Assembly (NCBI GenBank): GCA_964468315.1 | Contig: CAYXTA010000004.1 | Location: forward strand, 10,976 to 74,975 | Source of the DNA: an uncultured Candidatus Saccharibacteria bacterium | Lineage (GTDB): Bacteria; Patescibacteriota; Minisyncoccia; Phycocordibacterales; UBA9973 | DNA length: 64,000 nucleotides | Direction: 5' to 3' | In this document: in pieces, positions 9,629 to 18,762 of the stretch | Position numbering within the stretch: position 1 is the first letter of the stretch | How the letters are laid out: each line of letters starts with the position of its first letter | Program-made: the position numbers and the translations under genes | Notes under the pieces: model-generated | The model's input: only the letters and a program-made list of their open reading frames with translations | What the model was told of the DNA's origin: nothing | Databases searched by the model: none

Positions 9629-10529
9629 TTTTTCTATTTTTACGAATTCTTTTTATAATTTTATATAAAACAGTAAGTATTATTAAGGTTATAATAATAC
9701 TTCTCCAATGAATTGGGTCTTTTCCATTCAAAGTAGCAACTTGGAAATTACCAGCTTTATCATAAGCTGTAACGATTACATCTGGTTTATTTTTTTGATC
9801 AATCAAAATATAAGTATTACCGGTACGCACAGCTTTAGCATCGCCTTCTTTTACTTCATAATAATTTATTCCTGATTCTTTGTCGGTTGTTTCAAACGAT
9901 AGAAATTTTTTACCATCAAATAAATTATCATCTTGTATAACTTTTATTTCAAAATTTTCTGGAGCTGTATTGTCATTTGATATTATTTCTTTCCATTTAT
10001 CTTGTGGGCTATTACGGGACTCACTTATTGAAATAGTTGAAACATTTTTAACAATACTACGAGAAGTAGCTAAACCATCATTCAAATAAGCTTTTAGATT
10101 TTCAGGTGAAATAGAAAAATTACCAGGCTCGTTTATCTTTACTATTATTTTAAACAATAGAAGATTGTTTCCTTTTATACCGCCTGGTAAACCACCAACA
10201 AAATAGATTTTGTTACTTTCTTGTAAAGAAGGTTTTCTTGGCCAAAGATTAAAAACAGAATTAACTAAACTCAAATCTTTTATTTCGAAATTTCCTTTAT
10301 TGTTATCAGACAAAATAACATATCCATCTAAAGAATTTATAACTTCATCTTCTGTATCAATAAAAACATTTAAAATACTGACATCTTTAGCATATACAGA
10401 ACTTTCACTAGAAACTTTTATAGTGGCTGCAAAAGTTGTATTTGGTAAACAAATTAAAATAGCAAAAATGAATATTGATAAATATTTAAGATTTTGTATT
10501 TTATTTAAAATTAATTTTTTATATTTCAT
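9615..10529 (-). CDS. Membrane-anchored secreted protein with a cohesin-like domain; paralogous architecture to 7937..9628.
   Basis: Signal peptide ..NTTFAATIKV. Cohesin-like segment. C-terminal TM IIITLIILTVLYKIIKRIRKNRK. Confidence 0.45.
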   Translation of the reverse strand: MKYKKLILNKIQNLKYLSIFIFAILICLPNTTFAATIKVSSESSVYAKDVSILNVFIDTEDEVINSLDGYVILSDNNKGNFEIKDLSLVNSVFNLWPRKPSLQESNKIYFVGGLPGGIKGNNLLLFKIIVKINEPGNFSISPENLKAYLNDGLATSRSIVKNVSTISISESRNSPQDKWKEIISNDNTAPENFEIKVIQDDNLFDGKKFLSFETTDKESGINYYEVKEGDAKAVRTGNTYILIDQKNKPDVIVTAYDKAGNFQVATLNGKDPIHWRSIIITLIILTVLYKIIKRIRKNRKNAKV

Positions 10530-12970
10530 ATAGATTTTTTACCCCACTGGAAGAGCATTATAGAGAAATCAACTGAATCGACTTTTTTATCAACATTAAT
10601 ATCTACACAAGGATTTTTAAACGGAGCAACTCTTTTCCAGAAATACAAAAGAATAGAGAAATCGACAGAATCAACTACTTTGTTTTTATTAAAATCTGCT
10701 CCATTACAAGCACCACCGGTTGTTGTGTTGTCTGTAATATTTCCTCCACCGCCTCCTCCTCCGCCTCCACCGCCTCCTCCAGAACCTGAAGACACAGTGA
10801 ATACTCTAGAGGCAGAAGAACTATCTGTACCGAAATGAACTACTAATTTAAAGTAATATGTACCAGCAGTTGTTGCTGTAGCAGAAAGAGCTGTATTCCA
10901 AGATTCACTTGGATTTATAAATTTAGCAGCTGAAGCATAGTAAACATCATCATTACCTCCACAATTATTACTCAAACTACTTACAACACACCATTCATAA
11001 TCATATTCATAACCAGAAAGACCTTCGTTTGTAATAGTTATATTAGCTAAAATTGAAGACAAACTATTTGCTGTAACAGAGTTGATTATAACTTGAGCAG
11101 GAGAACCTGAAACTTCCCAATAATCATTTGTTTGAATTGTTTTACCACTTTCTACTTCTGAAGAAACAACTGTTTCCCATAGACCTTGTACAGCACTATT
11201 TGCAACTGTATATGTGTATTCATAAACACCTGTACTTATGAGTGTCATAGAAACTCCTGAGACAACAACATTACGATTTGTATCATAAAGTGTAACTGTC
11301 GGCGCTGCAAAAGGAGCTGTAGGTGTAGCACTTGAATCTAAGATAAAAACTTTTGTTCTATAGACATAACCAGCTTGTATTCTTTCAACATTACCCATCT
11401 TTACTGTCCAGTTATTTGCACCACCAACAGCAGAGATAGGTGCATCAAGATTTGTTGCTACTTGTTCCCCTATAGATCCCACAGTAGTAAGTGTTGAAGA
11501 AAGTGTATTCCAAACATCTGCAGCGGTAATGTCATTACCATAACTAGTAAGAGTACGTCCAGCATTTGCCCAGACAGCTGCAGAAACATCATCTAAACCA
11601 GTAGAAGACAAAGTTCTTGTTGCTGATGACCATACATCAGCTGCTGTTAAATTACTTGTACCTCGGCTCGATACTTGTGTATCAAGATTATCTACAATTA
11701 ATTTACCAACACTACCGGAAGTACTTAGTGATGAAGTTGCTTTATCCCAAATTGCAGAAACTGAAGTATTAGATAAATCTACACCCGAAGTTAAGGTTCT
11801 TGTTCCGGCTGCCCATACATCAGTTGCGGAAATATTATTGAGTGCTGAAATAGCTGTAAGTACATCAGAAGTTTTTGCATCAGAATTTGTTTTTAATTGT
11901 TCCCCTATAGATCCCACAGTAGTAAGTGTTGAAGAAAGTGTATTCCAAACATCTGCAGCGGTAATGTCATTACCATAACTAGTAAGAGTACGTCCAGCAT
12001 TTGCCCAGACAGCTGCAGAAACATCATCTAAACCAGTAGAAGACAAAGTTCTTGTTGCTGATGACCATACATCAGCTGCTGTTAAATTACTTGTACCTCG
12101 GCTCGATACTTGTGTATCAAGATTATCTACAATTAATTTACCAACACTACCGGAAGTACTTAGTGATGAAGTTGCTTTATCCCAAATTGCAGAAGTTGAA
12201 GCACTATCAATAGTTACAGTTCCAGAATTTATAGAACGAGTTCCATGCGCCCAAACATCTGCAGCAGAAATGTTATTTAATGAATTTATTAATGTTGCAT
12301 TTGATTGAATTTCAGTTATTACTGTTGCTTCTGACGAATCAATATAGCTCTCTGTTGCAAGAGAACCTCCTCCTGCAATATTTTTTGTTGTAAGTTGTCT
12401 GTTTGATGCAAAAGTATCATCCCAAACATCAGCAGCTAATGCACCAAAAGCAGACAATGTACGAGTACTATTACTCCAAACATCTGTAGCTAAAGTTCCA
12501 AAAGTTGTAAGAGATCTTGTTCCATTTGACCACACAGAAGATGCAATAGAAGCATCCGTAACATTTGGAGCTTTTACAATAAATGATTTATCTAATTTTA
12601 ATAAATCTCCGCCAATAAGAGTCCCACAAGTTATAAATGTAGGGTATTTTCCTTCTGTTACAGGTATTGTGTACGCATAATAATGCCAACCAGTAGCATC
12701 ATCAGACATAGTTGCTTCATTTACTAAAGTTGCACCTGCTGGAGAATAAATAGATATAGTACAATTATCTGTTGTTGGAGTGTAATCATCGTTGTAAATA
12801 AATTCACCTATTACAATACTCTCAGTGGGAGTATAAGTCTCAGTAGCATAAGCTGGATTTACGATTAAAAACGTAAATAAAAAAATACTTACAATTTTAA
12901 CTGAAGTACGGAATATTTTATTTTTTAAATAATTTATTTGCACAAAATTTACTATGAAAAAACAAAACAC
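10526..12970 (-). CDS. Large secreted surface protein with Ser/Thr-rich 145-aa tandem repeats, a Gly15 linker and a C-terminal type-I dockerin domain.
   Basis: Signal peptide. Near-exact 435-nt direct repeat. GGGGGGGGGGGGGGG linker. Two dockerin segments DFNKNKVVDSVDFSILL and DINVDKKVDSVDFSIML (D.N.D..V..xD..L(L) calcium-loop plus helix pattern). Confidence 0.7.
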   Translation of the reverse strand: MFCFFIVNFVQINYLKNKIFRTSVKIVSIFLFTFLIVNPAYATETYTPTESIVIGEFIYNDDYTPTTDNCTISIYSPAGATLVNEATMSDDATGWHYYAYTIPVTEGKYPTFITCGTLIGGDLLKLDKSFIVKAPNVTDASIASSVWSNGTRSLTTFGTLATDVWSNSTRTLSAFGALAADVWDDTFASNRQLTTKNIAGGGSLATESYIDSSEATVITEIQSNATLINSLNNISAADVWAHGTRSINSGTVTIDSASTSAIWDKATSSLSTSGSVGKLIVDNLDTQVSSRGTSNLTAADVWSSATRTLSSTGLDDVSAAVWANAGRTLTSYGNDITAADVWNTLSSTLTTVGSIGEQLKTNSDAKTSDVLTAISALNNISATDVWAAGTRTLTSGVDLSNTSVSAIWDKATSSLSTSGSVGKLIVDNLDTQVSSRGTSNLTAADVWSSATRTLSSTGLDDVSAAVWANAGRTLTSYGNDITAADVWNTLSSTLTTVGSIGEQVATNLDAPISAVGGANNWTVKMGNVERIQAGYVYRTKVFILDSSATPTAPFAAPTVTLYDTNRNVVVSGVSMTLISTGVYEYTYTVANSAVQGLWETVVSSEVESGKTIQTNDYWEVSGSPAQVIINSVTANSLSSILANITITNEGLSGYEYDYEWCVVSSLSNNCGGNDDVYYASAAKFINPSESWNTALSATATTAGTYYFKLVVHFGTDSSSASRVFTVSSGSGGGGGGGGGGGGGNITDNTTTGGACNGADFNKNKVVDSVDFSILLYFWKRVAPFKNPCVDINVDKKVDSVDFSIMLFQWGKKSI
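11462..12205. repeat. Intragenic tandem direct repeat: ~310 nt identical, period 435 nt, two copies.
   Basis: Sequence beginning ttgttcccctatagatcccacagtagtaagtg recurs at 11462 and 11897 with identical continuation for ~310 nt. Confidence 0.8.
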
Positions 12971-12990
12971 TCAATAATATCTTTTAGATA

Positions 12991-13149
12991 TTATTTTCTT
13001 TTATCCTCGTCATTGCCTTTAAAAATACCTGTAAGGTTTTTAAAAGCATCTACTATATTTTTTGTAAGCTCTGGAATTCTTTTTGACCCAAAAAGTAAAA
13101 CGATAACCACTGCTATTATTATTATTTCTCTTGTTCCTAATCCAAACAT
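12991..13149 (-). CDS. tatA: Twin-arginine translocase subunit TatA/E (52 aa).
   Basis: MFGLGTREIIIIAVVIVLLFGSKRIPELTKNIVDAFKNL..; canonical TatA N-terminus. Below the ORF-track length cutoff. Confidence 0.8.
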   Translation of the reverse strand: MFGLGTREIIIIAVVIVLLFGSKRIPELTKNIVDAFKNLTGIFKGNDEDKRK

Positions 13150-13188
13150 ATAATTATTTTAAGTTAAATTAATAAAGAAAACTTTTAT

Positions 13189-13338
13189 TTATTTCTTATC
13201 TGAACTTTTAAATGCACCAAACAATTCTCTTACTGCATCAGCAATAGATTTTGTAAGTTCTGGAATCTTTTTTGACCCAAAAAGTAAAACTATTATTAAA
13301 ACTATTATTAAAATTTCTTTTGTTCCTAATCCAAACAT
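13189..13338 (-). CDS. tatA: Twin-arginine translocase subunit TatA/E, second tandem copy (49 aa).
   Basis: MFGLGTKEILIIVLIIVLLFGSKKIPELTKSIADAVRELF.. Confidence 0.8.
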   Translation of the reverse strand: MFGLGTKEILIIVLIIVLLFGSKKIPELTKSIADAVRELFGAFKSSDKK

Positions 13339-13352
13339 ATTTTTATATTAAA

Positions 13353-14087
13353 TTAAGTTATTAAATTACGACCAACAATATTATTTTTTCTGTTAAACAA
13401 GACAGTGAGTTCATAAATTAATACCAACGGTGCTGCCATTAGTATTAATGATAAACCATCAGTGGGTGGAAGTAAAGAGACAATTACAAATATAACAGCG
13501 ATTGCATGTCTTCTTTTTGATTTTAGAAAAGCTACACTCATAATACCTACTTTTATTAAAAAAGTTATAACTAATGGAAAAATAAAAAGTAATCCAAGCA
13601 AAGTAGAAGTTAATACTATTTGATATACATATGAACTAATATCCCAATAATTTACAACGCCTAAATTTGTATTAACAACTGAAATTAATTTAATAGCGTA
13701 ATAAAGCATTATAGAACTATAAAGAAATCCTAAAATAAATAATCCTAAACCAAGAGGTAAAGAAAGTAAAAAAAAGTTCCTTTCTTTTTTAAGTAAAGCA
13801 GGTTTTAAAAATGAATAAAGAAAATATATAAAAACAGGAACAGTGATAACTGAAGCAAGGAAAAATCCTATACTCATAGCTAAATCAACCAATTGAAATG
13901 GAGAAGTCGTAGCAATAGTCACACCATCCATAGTAAGATATTTCAATAATAATCTAACAATAGGACCTATATTAAAAAAACTAATTACGAAAACTGTCGC
14001 GAAAATTTTTACTAAAATCAAAAGTCTTCTTCGTAATTCTTCGAAATAATTACCGTATCTGGAAATATTTTCTTGTAGATTGCTCAT
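13353..14087 (-). CDS. tatC: Twin-arginine translocase subunit TatC.
   Basis: N-terminal ..FEELRRRLLILV.. and a six-TM hydrophobic profile typical of TatC. Confidence 0.8.
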   Translation of the reverse strand: MSNLQENISRYGNYFEELRRRLLILVKIFATVFVISFFNIGPIVRLLLKYLTMDGVTIATTSPFQLVDLAMSIGFFLASVITVPVFIYFLYSFLKPALLKKERNFFLLSLPLGLGLFILGFLYSSIMLYYAIKLISVVNTNLGVVNYWDISSYVYQIVLTSTLLGLLFIFPLVITFLIKVGIMSVAFLKSKRRHAIAVIFVIVSLLPPTDGLSLILMAAPLVLIYELTVLFNRKNNIVGRNLIT

Positions 14088-14099
14088 TACTGAAATTGA

Positions 14100-15056
14100 T
14101 TATGCTATTTTTCTTTTATTCTTTTTCTTTATTACACTAACAACTGTTTCTGTGCTTGTTGGTGTTGTAGTATTTAAAGAATCATCTACTGGTATTTGAA
14201 TTATTGGATCAGTTGGAGTAACAGGATTTTCTACTACTGGAGTAGTATCAACTATTGCTGGATCTACTGGTGTAGGAGTTGGGTCAGTAATTACTGGATC
14301 TGTTGGAGTAACAGGATTTTCTACTACTGGAGTAGTATCAACTATTGCTGGATCTACTGGTGTAGGAGTTGGGTCAGTAATTACTGGATCTGTTGGAGGT
14401 TCAACAGGAGTAACTGTTGATACTTTACGATGTCTAGTAAGCCATTCAGCAACAGCATTTACTCCTTCTTCCCAAGAAGGATAATTTCTTGTATCTGTTC
14501 CTGTATTACCTACATTCCCTGGATTGTTTGTACTTACTGCTATCCCCAAAGTGCCAAAACGAGAGTCAAGTTCCATAATAGCAAGCATTAATCTGATATC
14601 TACCCTATAAATTTGTCCAGCATTCCAAACCATATGACCATTTAAAGGACTATCTGGATTTGCTTTTTTAATATAAGCTTCTATTTTATCAGAAGAATCC
14701 ATAACCCCCATTTTTTCTAAAATATTTTGTATTTTTATTTCATGATATGGATCTGTAGCATAAGGAGTTATATCGTATTCAAGTAAACATTTTGTAGCAT
14801 CATTTATAATACTTGGATTAAACGAAGCCTCTATACCATTTTTTACAACTTCAGCTTCTGAAAAAGTTGTTACAGCTGCTGTTTGTTCTATAGTAGAAAC
14901 CAATTTCAATTTACTTAAAGTATTTTGAACATCTAAAATCTCTGCATCAACTGCATTTATTCTTTCTAAATCTCCAGACTGAAAAGCTTGATCTTTTGCG
15001 AGAGCAAGACCATTTAATCTATTTGTAAGTAATTGTATAAGATAATCTATATTCAT
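14100..15056 (-). CDS. Putative peptidoglycan hydrolase: N-terminal coiled coil, lysozyme-like (glucosaminidase-family-like) core, C-terminal Pro/Thr-rich tandem repeat.
   Basis: RLMLAIMELDSRFGTLGIAVSTNNPGNVG..YPSWEEGVNAVAEWL resembles the PF01832-type motif. 90-nt tandem repeat at 14205-14400. Confidence 0.4.
   Translation of the reverse strand: MNIDYLIQLLTNRLNGLALAKDQAFQSGDLERINAVDAEILDVQNTLSKLKLVSTIEQTAAVTTFSEAEVVKNGIEASFNPSIINDATKCLLEYDITPYATDPYHEIKIQNILEKMGVMDSSDKIEAYIKKANPDSPLNGHMVWNAGQIYRVDIRLMLAIMELDSRFGTLGIAVSTNNPGNVGNTGTDTRNYPSWEEGVNAVAEWLTRHRKVSTVTPVEPPTDPVITDPTPTPVDPAIVDTTPVVENPVTPTDPVITDPTPTPVDPAIVDTTPVVENPVTPTDPIIQIPVDDSLNTTTPTSTETVVSVIKKKNKRKIA
14205..14400. repeat. Intragenic 90-nt tandem repeat (2.2 copies) encoding a PT-rich linker (VTPTDPVITDPTPTPVDPAIVDTTPVVENP).
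   Basis: Exact duplicate ggatctgttggagtaacaggattttctactactggagtagtatcaactattgctggatctactggtgtaggagttgggtcagtaattact. Confidence 0.85.
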
Positions 15057-15066
15057 AAAATTTTAA

Positions 15067-17916
15067 TTAAAAATAAATCAACATTCTCCACATTTCCTGA
15101 CCAGTATGACGCATTATATAAAGATAATTTAAACCATCTGCTGTTTCTACTATTTCCATTCTATTACCAATGATTGCAGTAGAGTGTCCATAAGGAATCG
15201 TTCCAAGAGAACTAACAACATTTGTAGAAAAGTTATAAGAAAAAACTCTACCAGTGGCATCTTTATGGAAATAAATTGTATTATGACCATCATATGCATA
15301 CATAGAACCGGTAGTTAAAGTTTCTGATTGTGGTGAGAAGAAGTAACCATAAGTCCATCTAGCAGTTGTAATATCGTAAATATCTGCAGTGTTTGAAGCT
15401 CCACCTCTAGGAGAAAACATATATTTACCCTTAGTAGCTGTATCAGTATTATTCCAAATCCATAATAATTGTGTACCAGCACCTCTAGCTGGCACTCCTA
15501 AAATTGCATAAGTAGATGTAGTATCAGTAAGTGTAAGAGCAGCAGTTGTGAGGGCTGTAGCAGTATTTGAAGTTATTGTTCCCTCTTGACCTAAAGCCGT
15601 ACCTCCTGTGATACGTAATCTTTTACCAGCCCACATGTTTGTAGTCCAGTTCTTTGTAGTTGTTTCTGTAACAGGAGTAGTAGTACCACCGGCAGTTATC
15701 AAACCCCAACTATCAGCTATCTCATAATGAGTAGTAGCATCTGGAGTAAAAGATTGTGAAGCATAAGTAAGAGTTGTAGCTGTATTTGAAATTATCGAAA
15801 TAATTCCAGTAGCAAAACCTGTTCCTGATTCTATTCGAAGTTTATATCCTGCCCAACAGTTAGTAACCCAGTTCTTTGAAGAGTCTACCAAAGTAGTAGC
15901 TGATCCACCTGAAGCATGGCCCCGGTTTTGCATATTAGCCGGTTTAAATTGATTATCCGTACCAAAAACTTTAGAATCATAAATAGCATATTTTGAAGTA
16001 CCATTTACACCAGCAACTATTGTTGCAACAGTCAAAGTTGTTGCAGTATTAGCAGTAATCCACCTAATCTGTGCTGTTGGTGCTGTACCAGCAACTGACA
16101 AATGTACTAATTTACCTACATGTTCATTGGTAGTCCAAGCCTTTGATGAGTCCACAATTACTGTAGTAGATTGAGAATTACTTGCTGCCATAGATCCTGC
16201 AGCAGATGTGGCTATATCAAAAGTAGTAGTTGATCCAACACCTAAAATCGTGTGAGCTGCATTATAAGCACTATCAGAACAGCCCGAAAAAGTTACCGAG
16301 TTTCCTGTTTTAAACCAGTTTGCACTTGCTGTGGTTACCAAACATGTAGCACCAACAGAAGTTATTTCAATAGTACAACCAGATCCAGTACCACCAGTAG
16401 TAGCTTTACCTGTACCTGTCGTAAAACCAGTACCAGTACCAGATGCCACCAATTCTATCCCCGTAACTACTCCTGCAGAACCTGAAAAAGTAGTAGAAGT
16501 AACTATCACTCTAGCTGCTGTTCCACCCACTGAACATGTCAAAATATCTCCTAACAAATATCCCGTACCTCCTGCTGTTGGAGCAGGATTTACTGCTGTA
16601 ACCCCAGCGGCAATTCTAGCACCAGTAGTTACTCCAATCGGATTCCAGCCGTTCATTTTTACACCAATATTATTTACTACACCATCATCTAAACTATTCC
16701 CTTGCATCCAAAAGTCATTCTCTGGAGAATAGGCATATATAGCTGCAGCTGCACCACCAGAAATGAATGCTTTATCGTAATCCCCCCAAATTTCATAAGT
16801 TGAAGTTGCGTCTGGATTTGTATCCCAAGGTTTTACTACTGTAAACACTGTGGCTGTATTACAAACAATTCTTCTATGTTGTCCAATCCCTGTACCTCCT
16901 GTAATTAAGATACGATAGTTAGCATATCTATCTACAGTCATTGTCTGAGTAGAATCAGTAAGTGTCCGATCAGAACCCGCTGTAGCAGTAGAAGAAAGAA
17001 AAGCACTTCCTGTTTTTGCTAATCTTTCAAAAGTACAATCTGTACCCAAAGCAGCTTGAATTAAACCTTGGTTACAGGTTTTGATCTGCCATGAATCGTG
17101 AATAATATCATAATATTGTAAAGTGAAAAACGGGGCTGTAGTTGCAGAAGAAAGTAAGTATATCCCCCCTGTTGTAGTTGTAAAAAAAGAAGTATAGTCA
17201 GGAGTTACATCCCAAGTAGCTACAGTGTATGTACTTGAAATTATTTGGAAATGAGCTTGTGAACCAGCAGTGGTAACCGGTAAAGCATACGGGGCTACAG
17301 CAGCAAAGATCTGGTTGTTCCATGGATCGTGAGGTTGCAAGTTGGAATCTTGAATATAGAGAGTTGTTGCATCATTATATAAAATCTTTTTGTATTGAGT
17401 AGCATCAGTACCGAAAGTAATACCTACCATATATCCAGACCATTGATTAAATTTCCACTTTTTGGTCGAATCAGCAATATTGGCTGTAGTCGTGGAAGTA
17501 ATGACTCCCATGTCATGAATAGTTTCCCCTGTGTAGGTCAATACCCGCTCTTGACCAGAACCAGTTCCTTGTATTATTTTTATAGTTTTACCATTTAAAG
17601 TCGGTCCACGAAGTCCTGGTATAGTAATCGATGTGGAAGTAGCACTTAAAACTCTTCCATGAAAACCACGAAAACCTGTATATCTTAGTGAGAGAGTTGT
17701 GACTGGTGTCGTAATAGGAGTTGCAAGCTGTTGCCATGAGTCAGCATAAGTATCGTATCTATAAAAAGCTGCAGTAGACATGTAGTAAATAAACCTAGCG
17801 CCACCATCATCCGCTGTGGCCATACCAGAAAGAGCAACTGTTGCAGTAGGTGCAAAACGACACCATTCCCAAACCGGTAAATCTACTTGTGGTTTTAAAT
17901 TATTTGTTACAGACAT
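15067..17916 (-). CDS. Giant (949 aa) Thr/Gly/Ser-rich repeat protein with no N-terminal signal peptide. Recurring W..N.W.G..L.I..GTG.GQ modules and a C-terminal beta-propeller-like region.
   Basis: Repeated motifs TKKWKFNQWSGYMVGITFGTD, SSKAWTTNEHVGKLVHL, SSKNWVTNCWAGYKLRIESGTG, TTKNWTTNMWAGKRLRITGGTALGQ. Confidence 0.55.
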   Translation of the reverse strand: MSVTNNLKPQVDLPVWEWCRFAPTATVALSGMATADDGGARFIYYMSTAAFYRYDTYADSWQQLATPITTPVTTLSLRYTGFRGFHGRVLSATSTSITIPGLRGPTLNGKTIKIIQGTGSGQERVLTYTGETIHDMGVITSTTTANIADSTKKWKFNQWSGYMVGITFGTDATQYKKILYNDATTLYIQDSNLQPHDPWNNQIFAAVAPYALPVTTAGSQAHFQIISSTYTVATWDVTPDYTSFFTTTTGGIYLLSSATTAPFFTLQYYDIIHDSWQIKTCNQGLIQAALGTDCTFERLAKTGSAFLSSTATAGSDRTLTDSTQTMTVDRYANYRILITGGTGIGQHRRIVCNTATVFTVVKPWDTNPDATSTYEIWGDYDKAFISGGAAAAIYAYSPENDFWMQGNSLDDGVVNNIGVKMNGWNPIGVTTGARIAAGVTAVNPAPTAGGTGYLLGDILTCSVGGTAARVIVTSTTFSGSAGVVTGIELVASGTGTGFTTGTGKATTGGTGSGCTIEITSVGATCLVTTASANWFKTGNSVTFSGCSDSAYNAAHTILGVGSTTTFDIATSAAGSMAASNSQSTTVIVDSSKAWTTNEHVGKLVHLSVAGTAPTAQIRWITANTATTLTVATIVAGVNGTSKYAIYDSKVFGTDNQFKPANMQNRGHASGGSATTLVDSSKNWVTNCWAGYKLRIESGTGFATGIISIISNTATTLTYASQSFTPDATTHYEIADSWGLITAGGTTTPVTETTTKNWTTNMWAGKRLRITGGTALGQEGTITSNTATALTTAALTLTDTTSTYAILGVPARGAGTQLLWIWNNTDTATKGKYMFSPRGGASNTADIYDITTARWTYGYFFSPQSETLTTGSMYAYDGHNTIYFHKDATGRVFSYNFSTNVVSSLGTIPYGHSTAIIGNRMEIVETADGLNYLYIMRHTGQEMWRMLIYF

Positions 17917-17922
17917 AAAATT

Positions 17923-18675
17923 TTATGAAAATGCTAAATTATTTCTAATACCATTCGCCGAAGCGTTTCTTGCTGTATCTATATATAAATATCTACCGTC
18001 AACACCTCCTAATGCAACTAAGTTTGTGGCAGATGTCAGAGTACCAACAGTAGTAATAGTACCTAAAGTCAAAGATCCAGAAATAGAATCGATTGTAACT
18101 TTTTGTCTTTGAGCAGAATCAACTACAGCTAAGGAGTCAACTTGCTTAACCAATCTTCTAAGCAACATCGCACTGTCATCTGTAGCAGGATTGATTTGAG
18201 TGTTTGTAGTATCTTTTAGAGTAACGCTACTTGCTCCACCAGAAGAAGATGTAAGAAGATTATTACTACCATCAAAAGTAAGGTTTGCTGTTTTTGCTTG
18301 AATAAGAGCAAGAGTTGCTTCAGTAGCAGGATCTATACGTGCATTAGAAGAATCTTTTAAACCAACAACATTTGAAGTCGGTGTACTACCAGCCACATAA
18401 GCATCAGCTTGATTTGGAAATAATGCTGATGCTGCAATACCAAGACCAGCGACTCCAGCAAACTTTAAAAATAACCTTTTATTATCATCTACTATAACTT
18501 TATTTTTCTTTATTTCTGTTTTTACTTTTACAATACTTTCTTCTTTTTGTTTATTTAAAATAATTTGCTTCTTTTGTACAGAAATAGAATCAACCTTTGG
18601 ACGCGAAATAGTACTTTTTTTTAAAGTACTACCAGAAACAAGTTTCAAATGATTTTTGAATTCACTCATATACAA
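17923..18675 (-). CDS. Thr/Ser-rich secreted protein with an internal Tat-like motif (NKRLFLKFAGVAGLGIAASALFPNQADA) and two ~40-aa repeats (LKDSSNARIDPATEA.. / LKDTTNTQINPATDD..).
   Basis: KR-LFLK followed by a hydrophobic h-region and an A-x-A cleavage site. A long Lys-rich N-terminal extension precedes it. Confidence 0.45.
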   Translation of the reverse strand: MYMSEFKNHLKLVSGSTLKKSTISRPKVDSISVQKKQIILNKQKEESIVKVKTEIKKNKVIVDDNKRLFLKFAGVAGLGIAASALFPNQADAYVAGSTPTSNVVGLKDSSNARIDPATEATLALIQAKTANLTFDGSNNLLTSSSGGASSVTLKDTTNTQINPATDDSAMLLRRLVKQVDSLAVVDSAQRQKVTIDSISGSLTLGTITTVGTLTSATNLVALGGVDGRYLYIDTARNASANGIRNNLAFS

Positions 18676-18762
18676 TTTATATATATATTATATACAAATA
18701 AAGAAATCTATACAAATAAATTAAGCTAAAACTGTTGATAACTTTTAGATAAAAAATATTTT

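Noticed and set aside
10740-10790. GGN-repeat tract as a slipped-strand phase-variation site
   Set aside because: The tract is a mix of ggt/gga/ggc/ggg codons, not a mononucleotide or simple dinucleotide run, and it encodes an in-frame Gly15 linker. Phase variation is unlikely, though length polymorphism is possible.
16252-16732. Plus-strand ORFs 16252..16485 and 16331..16732 (Pro/Val-rich) inside the 949-aa gene
   Set aside because: They are antisense translations of a Thr/Gly-rich repeat region (ACC/GGT codons read on the opposite strand give Pro/Val-rich sequence). No independent support.
14100-18675. Calling the Thr-rich giant proteins plus lysozyme-like gene a prophage or mobile element
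   Set aside because: There is no capsid, portal, terminase or integrase gene, no tRNA/att site and no compositional change. It is kept as a finding (phage-like module) but not annotated as a mobile element.
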